A stretch of 64,000 nt of DNA from Macrostomum hystrix (taxonomy: Eukaryota; Animalia; Platyhelminthes), in assembly GCA_950097015.1 (NCBI GenBank), contig CATNEN010000003.1, positions 15,562,001 through 15,626,000 on the forward strand. Direction: 5' to 3'. Below are positions 37,020 through 49,497 of this stretch, piece after piece (within the stretch, counting starts at the first letter, position 1; the number at the start of each line of letters is the position of its first letter). Made by a program: the position numbers and the translations under genes. The notes under the pieces are model-generated. The model worked only from the letters and a program-made list of their open reading frames with translations. It was not told the DNA's origin and searched no databases.

Positions 37020-38125
37020 CTGGGAGCTGCTGCTCTCGGCCGTCTGGGAGCCGCTGGGAGCGTCGCTAGCAACGGCTGGTCGGGATCAAGCGCTGCAACC
37101 GGGATTCGGGTTGATATTTAGCGTCAGCACATGTGACATGAAAAATGTGGCTTTCTGCAAACAACGGACTTCCAAGAATGACACCAGTCACTTTGGTTAT
37201 CCGAACCTTTGGTTTTATAAATTGCCTAGAGTAGAAAAATACCTGCTAAGTTCTGTAAAAAAAATAACAAGGCCACACACTTTCTTCTGGGTTTTAAACT
37301 CAATGAGCGTTTAAACTCAACTCAATGTCCCCATTGAAGTCCTCGTGCTTTATAACGCCTTAACGGATTTCAGCTTCAATATTTCAATAATTTCAATACT
37401 TCAATCAAGGGATTTTACTCAAACACTAATTAAACTTCGCACTAAGTTCATTAAGCACACTTAGTACTTCATATTTTATCCTCCACTAAAGAAATGCTCC
37501 CTGGGAAATGTGTTTCCACAACATTTTACTCTCTCTCTCTCCTTCCAAAGTAAAAATGCAGAAAACTTTTTTCTTTTCGCTATTTCGAAAAGCTTTTTTG
37601 TTTACTCGATGGGCGTTGATGCAAATATGCAAAATGTCGCTAAAATTGGGCTTTTAATAAAATTTTTCCTCATCTCAACTTTCTAAGGTCGTGCACTGCT
37701 GAGTGACATTTTGCCCTAAGCTTTATTTAAGCACAGCTCAGTAGCTAAAACAGGTAGACGCACGAGCTTCAGCTGAAGTGTACAGAATTCAATCAGCTTT
37801 AAAATGAAACAGACACTTTCAGAGTCTGTTGCCCAGTGCTTTTCTCTAAGTGATGCATCAGAAATTCCTAGCTGCCCATGTGAATTTCGGACAGCCAGTC
37901 AGCCCATGGGGATCCGGAAAATGGGGGTTAGAATCTCTCCAGTTTCTAGATGCAGAGCTCCCTGTCCTAACCAGCGGTCGTTTGTTCAGGCCAGGCCTGA
38001 GCCTCAACTGGGCTGCAAGCAAGAACGCAGCCCAAAACAAAAATGCTGTGTGACTCCAAGGTCTTCCATGCTGACGGGCGGAAGGTAACAACAAAGCATG
38101 ATTGTCACCAGTTTGGGCTTACTGG

Positions 38126-38260
38126 GGAGCGCGAGAGTTTCCCGCTGGAATTTTTTCCGCCGAGCTTTCCCCGCAGTTTTTCCCGCACAAAATTTTCCCG
38201 CAGCGAGTTTTTACGGCAGCGAGATATTCCTGCCGTTTCCCCGCACAATATTTTCCCCTA
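38126..38260. mobile_element. Truncated DNA-transposon end with TTTCCCGC subterminal repeats
   Basis: Begins exactly where homology to copy 3 stops; repeated tttcccgc motifs; partner end not found. Confidence 0.4.
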
Positions 38261-38565
38261 CCTGTCTGCCTGTCTGTCTGCCTGTCTGTCTGTCTATCTT
38301 TCCTTCTGTCTGTCCGTCTGTCTGTCTGTCCGTCTGTCTGTCTGCCTTTCCTTCTGTCTGTCCGTCTGTCTGTCCGTCTGTCTGTCTGTCTGTCTGTCTG
38401 TCTGCCTGTCTGTCTGCCTTTCCTTCTGTCTGTCCGTCTGTCTGTCTGTCTGTCTGCCTGTCTGTCTGCCTGTCTGTCTGCCTGTCTTTCCTTCTGTCTG
38501 TCCGTCTGTCTGTCTGTCTGTCTGTCCGTCTGTCTGTCTATCTGTCTGTCTGTCTGTCTGTCTTT
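38260..38565. repeat. (CTGT)n microsatellite
   Basis: Imperfect tetranucleotide run. Confidence 0.95.
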
Positions 38566-38634
38566 CGACACAGGTAGCCCATCTGGCAGGCAGGCAGGCA
38601 GGCAGGCAGGCAGACTTTTTGCTTCTTTTACTAA

Positions 38635-38914
38635 TTAATAATAATAATAATAATAATTGATTACACCTGCCCCAATTGGGTCAGATGTGCAGCCGACAGC
38701 ACAGCCGCAGCTAATGCGCGGCGCATCTGAAGGCTGCGTACAGCTGTTCAGTCCACGGACTGGGGGGACGCCACACCCACCTTCAATTATCCCAGCTGAT
38801 GCTGGCACCCATTTAACAGCTGGGTGAACTGAAGCAATGCAGAGTTAAGTGTCTTGCTAAAGGACGCAAATTGTTCCAGTGGAGTCGGGAATCGAACCCC
38901 AGGCTACAACCTCC
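38635..38914 (-). mobile_element. tRNA-derived CORE-like SINE, head partly deleted
   Basis: GGTTCGATTCC B-box; CTTTAGCAAGACACTTAAC...CAGTTCACCCAGCTGTTAAATGGGTGCC; (ATT)n tail. Confidence 0.75.
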
Positions 38915-38995
38915 TTCAAATATAGATATTAAGGTATATAAATTGATGTTTCTCTTCGCCTTAGTACATTGTACATTGTACAAATATTTTCTACG

Positions 38996-39219
38996 ATCAC
39001 AATCACCATTGGGGAATCACCATTGGGGAATCACAATTGGGGAATCACAATTGGGGAATCACAATTGGAGAATCACAATTGGGGAATCACAATTGGGGAA
39101 TCACCATTGGGGAATCACAATTGGGGAATCACAATTGGGGAATCACCATTGGGGAATCACAATTGGGGAATCACAATTGGGGAATCACAATTGGGGAATC
39201 ACAATTGGGGAATCACAAT
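38996..39219. repeat. 14-bp minisatellite (GGGGAATCACAATT)
   Basis: Tandem array. Confidence 0.95.
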
Positions 39220-39819
39220 AGCCCTAACTCCACTGCTGTTGGGTGTCAAATGCCACCTGCAAACGACTCACTCACTCATGCAATGAAACTTTCTGTTACT
39301 CGAACAATCAGCTATTTGCCAGCATATTTTGCCAAGGGTGCACAGGGGGCGAATATTTTATTTGCACTCGATAAACTTCACGCAAAGCCTAGTACTGCAT
39401 TCCTATTGCTCCCACTGATGCCACTTACCGTGCTGAGCAGTTGCAGAGTCCAAGCTCACGTCAAGCGCAGTGGGCGATTCGTGCGAACTGCAATTGCTGT
39501 GGCTGTTAATTATATGGCCTTGGCTTTGGCAACAGGCTAAACCTGCAGAGCCTTTCTATTGGACCCCGTATTGAATCCCCAGCTATGACTGGCTGGGCAA
39601 TTTCCTAGCTTCCTTCTGACCTGAGAGATCGGACAGAAGGGGCACTAACTCACTCACTGTCATTGAGCGGCTGGGGTGGGGCAACAAATAGAGCAGTATT
39701 GAAGACTGCATTTCATCGTCTTCCCTACCAGTCTGCCTTCTAGCTCCTAGGTGTTTTGTTGCTAAGTGACACTATTTTCAAAGTCATTTTAAAAAGTGAT
39801 CTCTGATCTCTCTATTTTT

Positions 39820-42800
39820 AGATGAGACAGGGGAGAGATGAGACAGGGGAGAGATTAGGCAGGGGAGAGATCAGACAGGGGAGATATAAGACAGGGGAGA
39901 GATGAGACAGAGGAGAGATGAGACAGGCCAGAGATGAGACAGGCGAGAGATGAGGCAGGGGAAAGATGAGAAAGGGGGAGAGATGAGACAGGGGAGAGAT
40001 GAGACAGAGGAGAGATGAGACAGGCGAGAGATGAGGCAGGGGAGAGATGAGACAGGGGAAAGATGAGACAGGGGGAGAGATGAGACAGGGGATAGATGAG
40101 ACAGGCGAGAGATGAGGCAGGGGAAAGATGAGACAGGGGGAGAGATGAGACAGGGGGAGAGATGAGACAGAGGAGAGATGAGACAGGGGAGAGATGAGAC
40201 AGAGGAGAGATGAGGTGGGAAGAGATGAGGCAGGGGTGAGATGAGACAGGGGAGAGATGAGACAGAGGAGAGATGAGACAGGCGAGAGATGAGGCAGGGG
40301 AGAGATGAGACAGGGGAAAGATGAGGCAGGGGAGAGATGAGACAGGGGAGAGATGAGACAGGGGAGAGATGAGACAGGAGAGATGAGACAGGGGAGAGAT
40401 GAGACAGGGGAGAGATAAGGCAGGGAAGAGATGAGGCAGGGGAGAGATGAGACAGAGGAGAGATGAGACAGGTGAGAGATGAGACAGGGGAGAGATGAGA
40501 CAAAGGAGAGATGAGACAGGCGAGAGATGAGACAGGGGAAAGATGAGACAGGGGAGAGATGAGACAGGGGGAGAGATGAGACAGGGGAGAGATGAGACAG
40601 GGGAGAGATGAGACAGGGGAGAGATGAGGCAGGGGAGAGATGAGACAGAGGAGAGATGAGACAGGGGAGAGATGAGACAGGGGAGAGATGAGACAGGGGA
40701 GAGATGAGGCAGGGGAGAGATGAGACAGGGGAGAGATGAGACAGGGGAGAGATGAGACAGGGGAGAGATGAGACAGGGGAGAGATGAGGCAGGGGAGAGA
40801 TGAGACAGGGGAGAGATGAGACAGGGGAGAGATGAGACAGGGGAGAGATGAGACAGGGGAGAGATGAGACAGGAGAGATGAGACAGGGGAGATGAGACAG
40901 GGGAGAGATGAGACAGAGGAGAGATGAGACAGGGGAGAGATGAGACAGAGGAGAGATGAGGCAGGGGAGAGATGAGACAGGGGAAAGATGAGACAGGGGA
41001 GAGATGAGGCAGGGGAGAGATGAGACAGAGGAGAGATGAGACAGGGGAGAGATGAGACAGGGGAGAGATGAGACAGAGGAGAGATGAGACAGGGGAGAGA
41101 TGAGACAGAGGAGAGATGAGGTGGGGAGAGATGAGGCAGGGGAGAGATGAGACAGGGGAGAGATGAGACAGGGGAGAGATGAGACAGAGGAGAGATGAGA
41201 CAGGGGAGAGATGAGACAGAGGAGAGATGAGGCAGGGGAGAGATGAGACAGGGGAAAGATGAGACAGGGGAGAGATGAGGTGGGAAGAGATGAGACAGGA
41301 GAGATGAGACAGGGGAGATGAGACAGGGGAGAGATGAGACAGAGGAGAGATGAGACAGGGGAGAGATGAGACAGAGGAGAGATGAGGCAGGGGAGAGATG
41401 AGACAGGGGAAAGATGAGACAGGGGAGAGATGAGACAGGGGAGATATGAGGCAGGGGAGAGATGAGACAGGAGAGAGATGAGACAGGAGACGTGAGGCAG
41501 GGGAGAGATGAGTCAGGGGAGAGATGAGGCAGGGGAGAGATGAGGCAGGGGAGAGATGAGGCAGGGGAGATATGAGGCAGGGGAGAGATGAGACAGGGGA
41601 AAGATGAGACAGAGGAGAGATGAGACAGGGGAGAGATGAGACAGGGGAGAGATGAGACAGGGGAGAGATGAGGCAGGGGAGAGATAAGACAGGGAAAAGA
41701 TGAGAGGAGGGATGAGACAGAGGAGAGATGAGACAGGGGAGAGATGAGACAGGGGAGAGATGAGGTAAGCGAGAGATGAGGCAGGGGAGAGATGAGACAG
41801 GGGAGAGATGAGACAGGAGAGATGAGACAGGGGAGAGATGAGACAGGGGAGAGATAAGGCAGGGGAGAGATGAGGCAGGGGAGATATGAGACAGGGGAGA
41901 GATGAGGCAGGGAGATATGAGGCAGGGGAGATATGAGGCAGGGGAGAGATGAGACAGGGGAGAGATGAGACAGGAGAGATGAGACAGGGGAGAGATGAGA
42001 CAGGGGAGAGATAAGGCAGGGGAGAGATGAGGCAGGGGAGATATGAGACAGGGGAGAGATGAGGCACGGGAGAGATGAGGCAGGGGAGAGATGAGACAGG
42101 CGAGAGATGAGGCAGGGGAGAGATGAGACAGGGGAAAGATGAGACAGAGGAGAGATGAGACAGGGGAGAGATGAGACAGGGGAGAGATGAGACAGGGGAG
42201 AGATGAGGCAGGGGAGAGATAAGACAGGGAAAAGATGAGAGGAGGGATGAGACAGAGGAGAGATGAGACAGGGGAGAGATGAGACAGGGGAGAGATGAGG
42301 TAAGCGAGAGATGAGGCAGGGGAGAGATGAGACAGGGGAGAGATGAGACAGGGGAAAGATGAGACAGGAGAGAGATGAGACAGGGGAGAGATGAGACAGA
42401 GGAGAGATGAGACTGAGGAGAGATGAGACAGGGGAGAGATGAGACAGGCGAGAGATGAGACAGGGGAGAGATGAGACAGGGGAGAGATAAGGCAGGGAAG
42501 AGATGAGGCAGGGGAGAGATGAGACAGAGGAGAGATGAGACAGGTGAGAGATGAGACAGGGGAGAGATGAGACAAAGGAGAGATGAGACAGGCGAGAGAT
42601 GAGACAGGGGAAAGATGAGACAGGGGAGAGATGAGACAGGGGGAGAGATGAGACAGGGGAGAGATGAGACAGGGGAGAGATGAGACAGGGGAGAGATGAG
42701 GCAGGGGAGAGATGAGACAGAGGAGAGATGAGACAGGGGAGAGATGAGACAGGGGAGAGATGAGACAGGGGAGAGATGAGGCAGGGGAGAGATGAGACAG

Positions 42801-45410
42801 GGGAGAGATGAGACAGGGGAGAGATGAGACAGGGGAGAGATGAGACAGGGGAGAGATGAGGCAGGGGAGAGATGAGACAGGGGAGAGATGAGACAGGGGA
42901 GAGATGAGACAGGGGAGAGATGAGACAGGGGAGAGATGAGACAGGAGAGATGAGACAGGGGAGATGAGACAGGGGAGAGATGAGACAGAGGAGAGATGAG
43001 ACAGGGGAGAGATGAGACAGAGGAGAGATGAGGCAGGGGAGAGATGAGACAGGGGAAAGATGAGACAGGGGAGAGATGAGGCAGGGGAGAGATGAGACAG
43101 AGGAGAGATGAGACAGGGGAGAGATGAGACAGGGGAGAGATGAGACAGAGGAGAGATGAGACAGGGGAGAGATGAGACAGAGGAGAGATGAGGTGGGGAG
43201 AGATGAGGCAGGGGAGAGATGAGACAGGGGAGAGATGAGACAGGGGAGAGATGAGACAGAGGAGAGATGAGACAGGGGAGAGATGAGACAGAGGAGAGAT
43301 GAGGCAGGGGAGAGATGAGACAGGGGAAAGATGAGACAGGGGAGAGATGAGGTGGGAAGAGATGAGACAGGAGAGATGAGACAGGGGAGATGAGACAGGG
43401 GAGAGATGAGACAGAGGAGAGATGAGACAGGGGAGAGATGAGACAGAGGAGAGATGAGGCAGGGGAGAGATGAGACAGGGGAAAGATGAGACAGGGGAGA
43501 GATGAGACAGGGGAGATATGAGGCAGGGGAGAGATGAGACAGGAGAGAGATGAGACAGGAGACGTGAGGCAGGGGAGAGATGAGTCAGGGGAGAGATGAG
43601 GCAGGGGAGAGATGAGGCAGGGGAGAGATGAGGCAGGGGAGATATGAGGCAGGGGAGAGATGAGACAGGGGAAAGATGAGACAGAGGAGAGATGAGACAG
43701 GGGAGAGATGAGACAGGGGAGAGATGAGACAGGGGAGAGATGAGGCAGGGGAGAGATAAGACAGGGAAAAGATGAGAGGAGGGATGAGACAGAGGAGAGA
43801 TGAGACAGGGGAGAGATGAGACAGGGGAGAGATGAGGTAAGCGAGAGATGAGGCAGGGGAGAGATGAGACAGGGGAGAGATGAGACAGGAGAGATGAGAC
43901 AGGGGAGAGATGAGACAGGGGAGAGATAAGGCAGGGGAGAGATGAGGCAGGGGAGATATGAGACAGGGGAGAGATGAGGCAGGGAGATATGAGGCAGGGG
44001 AGATATGAGGCAGGGGAGAGATGAGACAGGGGAGAGATGAGACAGGAGAGATGAGACAGGGGAGAGATGAGACAGGGGAGAGATAAGGCAGGGGAGAGAT
44101 GAGGCAGGGGAGATATGAGACAGGGGAGAGATGAGGCACGGGAGAGATGAGGCAGGGGAGAGATGAGACAGGCGAGAGATGAGGCAGGGGAGAGATGAGA
44201 CAGGGGAAAGATGAGACAGAGGAGAGATGAGACAGGGGAGAGATGAGACAGGGGAGAGATGAGACAGGGGAGAGATGAGGCAGGGGAGAGATAAGACAGG
44301 GAAAAGATGAGAGGAGGGATGAGACAGAGGAGAGATGAGACAGGGGAGAGATGAGACAGGGGAGAGATGAGGTAAGCGAGAGATGAGGCAGGGGAGAGAT
44401 GAGACAGGGGAGAGATGAGACAGGGGAAAGATGAGACAGGAGAGAGATGAGACAGGGGAGAGATGAGACAGAGGAGAGATGAGACTGAGGAGAGATGAGA
44501 CAGGGGAGAGATGAGACAGGCGAGAGATGAGACAGGGGAAAGATGAGACAGGGGAGAGATGAGACAGGGGAGAGATGAGACAGGGGAGAGATAAGACAGG
44601 GGAGAGATGAGACAGGGGAGAGATGAGACAGGCGAGAGATGAGACAGGGGAGAGATAAGACAGGGGAGAGATGAGACAGAGGAGAGATGAGACAGGGGAG
44701 AGATGAGACAGGGGAAAGATGAGACAGGAGAGAGATGAGACAGGGGAGAGATGAGACAGAGGAGAGATGAGACTGAGGAGAGATGAGACAGGGGAGAGAT
44801 GAGACAGGCGAGAGATGAGACAGGGGAAAGATGAGACAGGGGAGAGATGAGACAGGGGAGAGATGAGACAGGGGAGAGATAAGACAGGGAGAGATGAGAC
44901 AGGGGAGAGATGAGACAGGCGAGAGATGAGACAGGGGAGAGATAAGACAGGGGAGAGATGAGACAGAGGAGAGATGAGACAGGGGAGAGATGAGACAGGG
45001 GAGAGATGAGACAGGGGAGAGATGAGGTAGGGGAGAGATGAGGTAAGCAAGAGATGAGGCAGGGGAGAGATGATACAGGGGAGAGATGAGACTGAGGAGA
45101 GATGAGACAGGGGAGAGATGAGACAGGGGAGAGATGAGACAGGGGAGAGATGAGACAGGGGAGAGATGAGACAGAGGAGAGATGAGACAGGAGAGATGAG
45201 ACAGGGGAGATGAGACAGGGGAGAGATGAGACAGAGGAGAGATGAGGCAGGGGAGAGATGAGACAGGGGAGAGATGAGACAGGGGAGAGATGAGACAGGA
45301 GAGATGAGACAGGGGAGAGATGAGACAGGGGAGAGATAAGGCAGGGAAGAGATGAGGCAGGGGAGATATGAGGCAGGGGAGAGATGAGACAGGGGAGACA
45401 TGAGACAGGA
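39820..45410. repeat. 5.6-kb purine-rich 16-bp satellite (ATGAGACAGGGGAGAG) with higher-order structure
   Basis: Tandem array; rare variants recur at 2072-bp and ~535-bp periods. Confidence 0.97.
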
Positions 45411-47704
45411 GTATGCGAAAGGGGCAATCTTGGACAAAAATTATCGCAGCCTTCATAATCCACAAACAATTAACTATATTATTCTCGAAGAGATCAGGCC
45501 CCCGCCCCCTTCTGAAACTCTTTATTTTCAATCCACAGACAAAGTGGATTTCCCCAGACGAAAGCCGTCTTCTTTCTTCTCTGATTCCAAATTCATAGAA
45601 CTAACACCCAGATTCCCAATCCCAAAACTCAAGATCCCAAACCTAGGGTGCTCAACCTCCGAAAAAAAATTATATTCTCATTAGAACTGTTTATAGTCGT
45701 CTCTCCGGTATCTTACTATGCCAAGCACGAGCCTAATTACAAGAGTAAATACCGATGCAAACAAGAATGCAGCGAGTACGTGAAGAAATATTGGCCCGAC
45801 CACACAATAAATGTTTCTAATATTAATCAAGCTCTCCAAAGACACTGGATTTGAAAGTATGGAGTAATTATAAAGAACTTCGATAGCTAGTATATAACTT
45901 TGCTGAAATCATTAGGCAATTGTAGAATGTCGATACAAGACAAGACATTAAAATAGATATTTTACGCATGGTATTTTGCTGTGGTGGCGGCTGGGTGAAG
46001 AGTAATAACACAACGGTGCGGCATAGCAGCTGGGCTCTAGTGCGGCTGGCGCGGTGAAACAAAAGAGCCATTATTTCCAGGAAAGAAGCGAAAACTTTAC
46101 AACCCATCGCCGACTGAATGGATCCAGTTTGAAAACCTAGGACCAACCCAAATAAGTTTGAAGGAGGAAGTTGACGAAGTTGAGAACCTACCAACAGAGC
46201 TTGGTTCTCGATCTGTGCCAGCTGCTGCAGCAGTAAAATTATTCGCGCGAGTTGGTGCAACAAGGAACAATAAAACAAATCTGTGCCAGCTGCTGCAGCA
46301 ATGGAACAAAAATGCGGAAAGCAACAAAACTGAAAAAATCGCTGATTTTTGCCATCGATTTTTTTAAATCGGACCTTACCAAAAAAATCAAATGCCAAAA
46401 ACCCAGCGGACCCCCGACCACAACGTATACGATGCGATCGTAATGCACTGCGAACTGCTGCACAAGTTGCCGTTGCGACCAAGCATGCAATAAAAAATGT
46501 TTGGCAAAAGTTATTTCTCAAGCTGACGTCTTCTAAAAATGGCGCAATCTTTGAGCACAAGCGAAATCACAGCACAGCATCGAGCAGTCGATTCCGTCAT
46601 AAAGCGTTCCCGTAAAGTGAAAAAAATTACATTCCTTAACATTTTCCCGCCTCCCTGCGCCCAGTCTGAAGCAGTTGAAAATCAATATTTATGCACAAGC
46701 AGCAATGCCTTTGCTGCAGATTTTTTGCTTTGTCTGACTGTAGCCAGATGGATTCGGAATGAGCCGCCTCAAGATAGTGAATTTGAGCCCCGCAATCTCC
46801 AGCTCACTGCTCAAACACCGCAGCAGCAATTTATGATGGAGTCACCCCCCGATACTCTTGACAACCCCGTCTGCTTGGTCTGGGCGGAAGTCGGCCATCT
46901 ATCCAGACGCTTTGAATTGATTTCTGGCAGTGGGCCCAAGTGATTTGGATAAGTGATGCAAATTTAAAAGTTCCATCATGCCCCGAACTTAGCTAATAGT
47001 GCGGTTGCACTGGTAGCCACTCCGCAACTACTCCTGCTAGCTTTAACCACCAGCATATTTAAGCTATGCGTTACGGCAAGGGCCAAAGTAGTTTAAGGAT
47101 TTTAGTGCTTTTGGGTGGAATAAATCAACTCGGAGAGCAATTAGAGGTGGAATATATAGATGTATATTTGAATATTAATTTAATTATAAGGCATATATTA
47201 ATTAGTAAGAATGTAACAGTTGTAGCTATAACAAAGCTTTTTGCATGGGCGTGAAAAACTGTTCGTTGCGCATAGAGCATACAGTAAAGGAGTATTTTTA
47301 CGCACTACTAAATGCAAAGCATGCAACACATATATTAGAGCAGCGAAGCGTGTTGTTTTATAAAATAATCGATAAATAACGTTTACTCAAAGCGTTTTGT
47401 AACGAATAAAATATAATAGTTATCAATGGGCTTAGGAAACACCCATTGTAGAACGAAATTGAATGAAGGCGGATGTGGGTGCGGGGGCATTGCTAAAAAT
47501 CGCGGCTGGATCTTAGAATGACAAGTCTCGGTTATGTATTTAGCCTTCTCAAAACTGCAGGAAGTGGAAAGAGCGACATTTTGTCAGAGATTATGAAATA
47601 ACTTTGGTGATTGATACTTGGAACACCATCGTCTGAGGATGCTTAAAGGGCTGAAATTAAAGGAATCAGTTGTGACAAATTTAACAGCGCCAAAGCCTGC
47701 CTAC

Positions 47705-47881
47705 TTTCTCTGGATGAGCCGATATGTTGCGAATGCCGTGTGCCAGCTTGTAGGCCGTGTCCTCGTTCATCACCAACACGGTCCTGTTGGCAATCTCTTG
47801 AATCAGCACGATGTCAAATTCGGCCAGCCAGACTAGCGGAATCACACCGGCCAGGTAGAGCAGGACGCACGGACAAATCCA
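47705..47881 (-). pseudogene. Orphan TMEM26-like exon fragment
   Basis: WICPCVLLYLAGVIPLVWLAEF resembles TMEM26 [28 protein letters not shown] donor at 47704; no canonical AG acceptor. Confidence 0.45.
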
Positions 47882-48064
47882 AGGCGAGATTGAGCATTAG
47901 TGAGTAGACAAGCGAATTGCTAAAAGCATTATCAAATGCAACACTGAACTCATGAAGTACTAACCAAAATAAGCTCAAAATAGAGGTCAATTATTGTGCT
48001 AGAATTTCAGAGGTTGGCTGGCTACCTTTGGCATTCCGGCCAGATGCGGCACTCAAAGCTCCCA

Positions 48065-49283
48065 AATCTCGCATCTCTCCTGTGTCTTATCTTCCTCTTC
48101 TTATCTCTCCCCTGCATGTGTCATCTCTCCCGTATCTCATCTCTCCCTTCTTATCTCTCCCCTGTGTCATCTCCCCTTCTTATCTCTCCCCTGTGTCATC
48201 TCTCCCGTATCTCATCTCTCCCTTCTTATCTCTTGCCTGTGTCATCTCTCCCGTATCTCATCTCTCCCTTCTTATCTCTTGCCTGTGTCATCTCTCCCGT
48301 ATCTCATCTCTCCCTTCTTATCTCTTGCCTGTGTCATCTCCCCTTCTTATCTCTCCCCTGTGTCATCTCTCCCGTATCTCATCTCTCCCTTCTTATCTCT
48401 TGCCTGTGTCATCTCTCCCGTATCTCATCTCTCCCTTCTTATCTCTTGCCTGTGTCATCTCTCCCGTATCTCATCTCTCCCTTCTTATCTCTTGCCTGCG
48501 TCATCTCCCCTTCTTATCTCTCCCCTGTGTCATCTCCCCTTCTTATCTCTCCCCTGTGTCATCTCCCCTTCTTATCTCTCCCCTGTGTCATCTCCCCTTC
48601 TTATCTCTCCCCTGTGTCATCTCTCCTTCTTATCTCTCCCGTATCTCATGTCTCCCTTCTTATCTCTCCCCTGTGTCATCTCCCCTTCTTATCTCTCCCC
48701 TGTGTCATCTCCCCTTCTTATCTCTCCCCTGTGTCATCTCCCCTTCTTATCTCTCCCCTGTGTCATCTCTCCTTCTTATCTCTCCCGTATCTCATGTCTC
48801 CCTTCTTATCTCTCCCCTGTGTCATCTCCCCTTCTTATCTCTCCCCTGTGTCATCTCCCCTTCTTATCTCTCCCCTGTGTCATCTCCCCTTCTTATCTCT
48901 CCCCTGTGTCATCTCTCCCGTATCTCATCTCTCCCTTCTTATCTCTTGCCTGTGTCATCTCTCCCGTATCTCATCTCTCCCTTCTTATCTCTTGCCTGTG
49001 TCATCTCCCCTTCTTATCTCTCCCCTGTGTCATCTCTCCCGTATCTCATGTCTCCCTTCTTATCTCTCCCCTGTGTCATCTCCCCTTCTTATCTCTTGCC
49101 TGTGTCATCTCCCCTTCTTATCTCTCCCCTGTGTCATCTCTCCCGTATCTCATCTCTCCCTTCTTATCTCTTGCCTGTGTCATCTCTCCCGTATCTCATC
49201 TCTCCCTTCTTATCTTTTGCCTGTGTCATCTCCCCTTCTTATCTCTCCCCTGTGTCATCTCCCCTTCTTATCTCTCCCCTGTG
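48065..49283. repeat. Pyrimidine-rich compound satellite (TCTTATCTCTCCCCTGTGTCATCTCCCCT)
   Basis: Tandem array related to the reverse complement of the 39820 satellite. Confidence 0.95.
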
Positions 49284-49497
49284 TACTGCACTGCAGGCCA
49301 TAGACAACTTTTCAATTTAAAAGCTAGACCCGTAGTTTTCGGCAGTCTATGGTATTATATTTTTTCAAAATAATGTCCGTGGCATGTACGTTTGTACACT
49401 TGTACATACTTGTTGATAGACGCTTTATACAGTCTTTTTCATAGCCGAGAGAAAATTAAGGTTATTGACAAAAAAATTCTTCAACTTTTCAATAATC

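Noticed and set aside
39855-45531. Very long ORFs (1860, 1318 and 648 aa) on the minus strand
   Set aside because: Translations of a 16-bp satellite that happens to lack stops; open in several frames with no domain content.
45400-47254. Several 60-230 aa ORFs in the unique island between satellites
   Set aside because: No recognisable motifs or consistent splice phases; cannot be assigned without a search.
47996-49373. Three overlapping 360-435 aa ORFs
   Set aside because: Satellite-derived and open in all three frames.
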